A stretch of 64,000 nucleotides of DNA from Candidatus Helarchaeota archaeon (lineage in GTDB: Archaea; Asgardarchaeota; Lokiarchaeia; Helarchaeales; RDOG01): the NCBI GenBank assembly GCA_019058315.1, contig JAHPZH010000002.1, positions 96,001-160,000 of the forward strand. Reading direction: 5' to 3'. Below are positions 61,313 to 64,000 of the stretch, piece by piece (position 1 is the stretch's first letter; every line of letters begins with the position of its first letter). The notes under the pieces are model-generated. The model saw only the letters and a program-made list of their open reading frames with translations. It searched no databases and was not told the origin of the DNA. The translations under genes were made by a program, and so were the position numbers.

Positions 61313-64000
61313 TTAAACTCTAGATATTTTTTGACTGCGTGCGATTATTAAGGGCCCAATTATTTCATGAAGGATATTTACTATTCCTGGTTGTTGACTT
61401 ATAATAGCAACTTGAGTTTTAGGACTTCCAGGTGTATATGGAGCAATTAATACTTCTTCTGCATCTCTTGCAGCAGCAAAAAGATCCATCTCTGGACGTT
61501 GTCTAACTTCTACGTTACCTTGTTCTAACAGAGATGCTACGTCTGTACGAGCATCTGCAAGAATTCTAGAAGCTGTTTTAACACGAAGTGCTCTCCTTAT
61601 CGCCTTTATCGCATTTATCGGCAGATCTCTGAAATCTGGAGCTACAACTGTAATAGTACTTTTCGTTCTAGCAACCATATCGCTCATATATTGTTTTATT
61701 GCTTCTTCAGTCACTACAACCCATGTTAATTCGCTTTCCTTAGCAAGAATATCAATAGTCTCGCTCCAAACAGCTCTTAATATTTTTGCACTTTCTAATG
61801 CCCGATCTTCAGCTTCTCTAAATGTAGTAGCCGAAGAATCATTTGCTGTAACCAATCGGTTAGTAATTGTTGAGTCAGTTTCTTCAAGTTTCGCAGCCAG
61901 TTTATCATTTAAAGTGTTCGCATTAAGTTCAAACTCAGATTGATGATTGGTATCTAATTCTAATAATTGCGTTTCCATAGTTGTAGCATCTGCTTGAAAT
62001 TCATTAGCATGTCTTGTAATTATCTCATTGTTTTCTTCTCCCGTAGCTTTTGTAAGATCATCAATTTGCTTCAAGTAATTTTCATCGATTTTATGAACAT
62101 CCGATTTAACACCGGCAAACGTATTGGAAACCGTTTCAGAAACTTTTGCTTGAACATCTTTTGCCATAGTGTCGACTCTATCATTATCATTTGATACAAA
62201 ATTTTGGTTGTCATTTTTCATATTAGCAGTAATTTCGTCTATATTCTTGAATTTATCCTGTTTATTATTTTCTATCTTAGATTTATGGGATGATAATAAA
62301 TCAGATAGATTTGTAACAGAACTTTCTCGAATTGCATGTGATTGGTTCTCCAAATTAGCAATTCTTTCATCTAATCCTTTATAGAAATCTTCCCGCATAG
62401 TATCTATTTCATTTCTATAAGTATCTATCCGTTCGTCTAATGTTTCTGAAAGAGTCTTTTCCAAATTGGCTGTATCACTTCGTAATCTGATTATTTGTTC
62501 ATTAATTTTTTCTAGAAATCTTTCACGTACTTCATCCAAAATATCCTTAAATCTGACTACTAATGAATCAGTACCATCCTTAATATTATCTTTTAACTGA
62601 TAAAAATCAGCCTCAAGTGCCTCAGTCCGCTCAGCAATTTTATCTGCAATACCTTGACCAAATACGGATGCATTTTGATTAAACCAGTCAATATTTGTAC
62701 TTAATGATGCTTCTAAACTCTGTTTTAAAGTATCATTCTTTGTTTGTATCTCACCATTATATTGATTTATTGTGTTTGCTAATGTATCTTTAAAAGTATT
62801 AAACCAGTTTTCCAAAGCATCAATTACGTCTTTCTGATAGTCTTTCATTTCATTTTCAATTGTAGAATCAATTTCATTCAATTTATCTTTTTGAGACTTT
62901 GTGATATCCTTTAATTTTAGAGAATCCTTGAAATCTTTAATTTCTGACACTGAATTAGTGATTTTATCTTTTAAAGAAACTGCTTCTTCTCCTAATCTTG
63001 ATTTGAACGTATTTGCAGAGTCAGTTATTCCTTTAATCCATTTTTGTCCTGTATCTACGTAATCTTTTTCCCATTCCTCTATTTCAGATGTAATATCTTT
63101 TATGTTTTGAGATAAATTCTTTTGCTTATTTTTCACATAATCCTTTGTCTGGTTTTTTAATTCGTCAATTAATTTAGATGTTTCAGAACCAGTTGCTTTT
63201 TCTAGATCTGATAAACTTTTCTGTAAATCTGAAATTTTTTCATCTATACCTGAATTGAATTCATTTTGTAAATTCGAAACTTCTGATTTCATATTTCCAA
63301 GCCGTTCATCAACATTATTTGTTAAAATTTGTTCTAATTCGGTTGTAGTTTTCAATTCCTCAACTTGTGAGACAACTTTACCCGAAAAATTATTCCTTAT
63401 GTCATCAAGCATTTCACGGAATCTTTTAATTAAATCACCAGTGATTCCAGTAATATTATCTTTAAATTGACTGAAGGTATCTTCTTGGTTAATAATTTCG
63501 TCGCCAAATGTATTTGCTGCACGTTCTCTCATCACGGCAGCCCTATCCTTAAACCAATCAAAATTCTTTTCTTGAGAATCCTTTATTTCTCCTTTTAATT
63601 CTGAATCTTTTTCCTTAACTCCATCAATTTCTTTAACACAAGTGTCTTTTAAATTTGTTCCTAAATCTTTTAGCCAATTATCATAGTCTGTGTAAGTAAC
63701 ATTTTGAAATTTGTTTGTAATGTCTTTAACTCCTGAAACATAATCGTCAAATGTCTTATTAACATTATTATTCAGCTCATCTAGTGCCGTTCTATGATTT
63801 GCAGCAGCATTATTATGAATTGTTTTTACTTCTTCGGTTAGAACGTCAAATCTTGTATCAAGTGTATTTGCAAGAGTGTTTTCATATTCATCGACTGAAT
63901 CATGATGTCCTTTAATTTTTTGATTATATGAAGCAGTAATCTCTTCCTTTTTCTTTGCAACTTCTTCTTGTAAGGAAGTTATATGATCAGCTATTGTTTT
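61313..64000 (-). CDS. Very large helical-repeat protein with C-terminal TrmB/PLD-like domain (start lies beyond the window)
   Basis: Frame stays open from 63535 to the window edge; C-terminal MVARTKSTITVVAP..ARDAEEVLIAP. Confidence 0.85.
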   Translation of the reverse strand, partial: KTIADHITSLQEEVAKKKEEITASYNQKIKGHHDSVDEYENTLANTLDTRFDVLTEEVKTIHNNAAANHRTALDELNNNVNKTFDDYVSGVKDITNKFQNVTYTDYDNWLKDLGTNLKDTCVKEIDGVKEKDSELKGEIKDSQEKNFDWFKDRAAVMRERAANTFGDEIINQEDTFSQFKDNITGITGDLIKRFREMLDDIRNNFSGKVVSQVEELKTTTELEQILTNNVDERLGNMKSEVSNLQNEFNSGIDEKISDLQKSLSDLEKATGSETSKLIDELKNQTKDYVKNKQKNLSQNIKDITSEIEEWEKDYVDTGQKWIKGITDSANTFKSRLGEEAVSLKDKITNSVSEIKDFKDSLKLKDITKSQKDKLNEIDSTIENEMKDYQKDVIDALENWFNTFKDTLANTINQYNGEIQTKNDTLKQSLEASLSTNIDWFNQNASVFGQGIADKIAERTEALEADFYQLKDNIKDGTDSLVVRFKDILDEVRERFLEKINEQIIRLRSDTANLEKTLSETLDERIDTYRNEIDTMREDFYKGLDERIANLENQSHAIRESSVTNLSDLLSSHKSKIENNKQDKFKNIDEITANMKNDNQNFVSNDNDRVDTMAKDVQAKVSETVSNTFAGVKSDVHKIDENYLKQIDDLTKATGEENNEIITRHANEFQADATTMETQLLELDTNHQSEFELNANTLNDKLAAKLEETDSTITNRLVTANDSSATTFREAEDRALESAKILRAVWSETIDILAKESELTWVVVTEEAIKQYMSDMVARTKSTITVVAPDFRDLPINAIKAIRRALRVKTASRILADARTDVASLLEQGNVEVRQRPEMDLFAAARDAEEVLIAPYTPGSPKTQVAIISQQPGIVNILHEIIGPLIIARSQKISRV

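Overview
Low-GC chromosomal window from an Asgard archaeon (Lokiarchaeia/Helarchaeales-like, inferred from the combination of an actin-family protein, gelsolin, MglA-type GTPases, roadblock, longin-like, arrestin and V4R domains, an EF-2 paralog and Sec machinery). RNA genes: an unlinked 23S rRNA with expansion segments, RNase P RNA, tRNA-Sec, three intron-containing tRNAs (iMet with 3 introns, Ile with 2, Ala with 1) and two box C/D sRNAs. Housekeeping genes include valS, selB, SepSecS, nth, tsr3 and a HMGS-like/DUF35/thiolase trio. The most unusual region is 34-45 kb. It holds six short helical proteins that form three paralog pairs, three of them with Pro-rich tails, arranged around a cobalamin-dependent radical SAM gene split by a -1 frameshift at an A9 tract. 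Next to them are a CdvA-like protein, large coiled-coil proteins and an MglA GTPase. Other oddities: a 24-bp duplication of the 23S 3' trailer bracketing one gene, a C/D RNA with a self-antisense 5' extension, and two unannotated structured RNA candidates. All family assignments come from motif recognition by eye; no searches were run.
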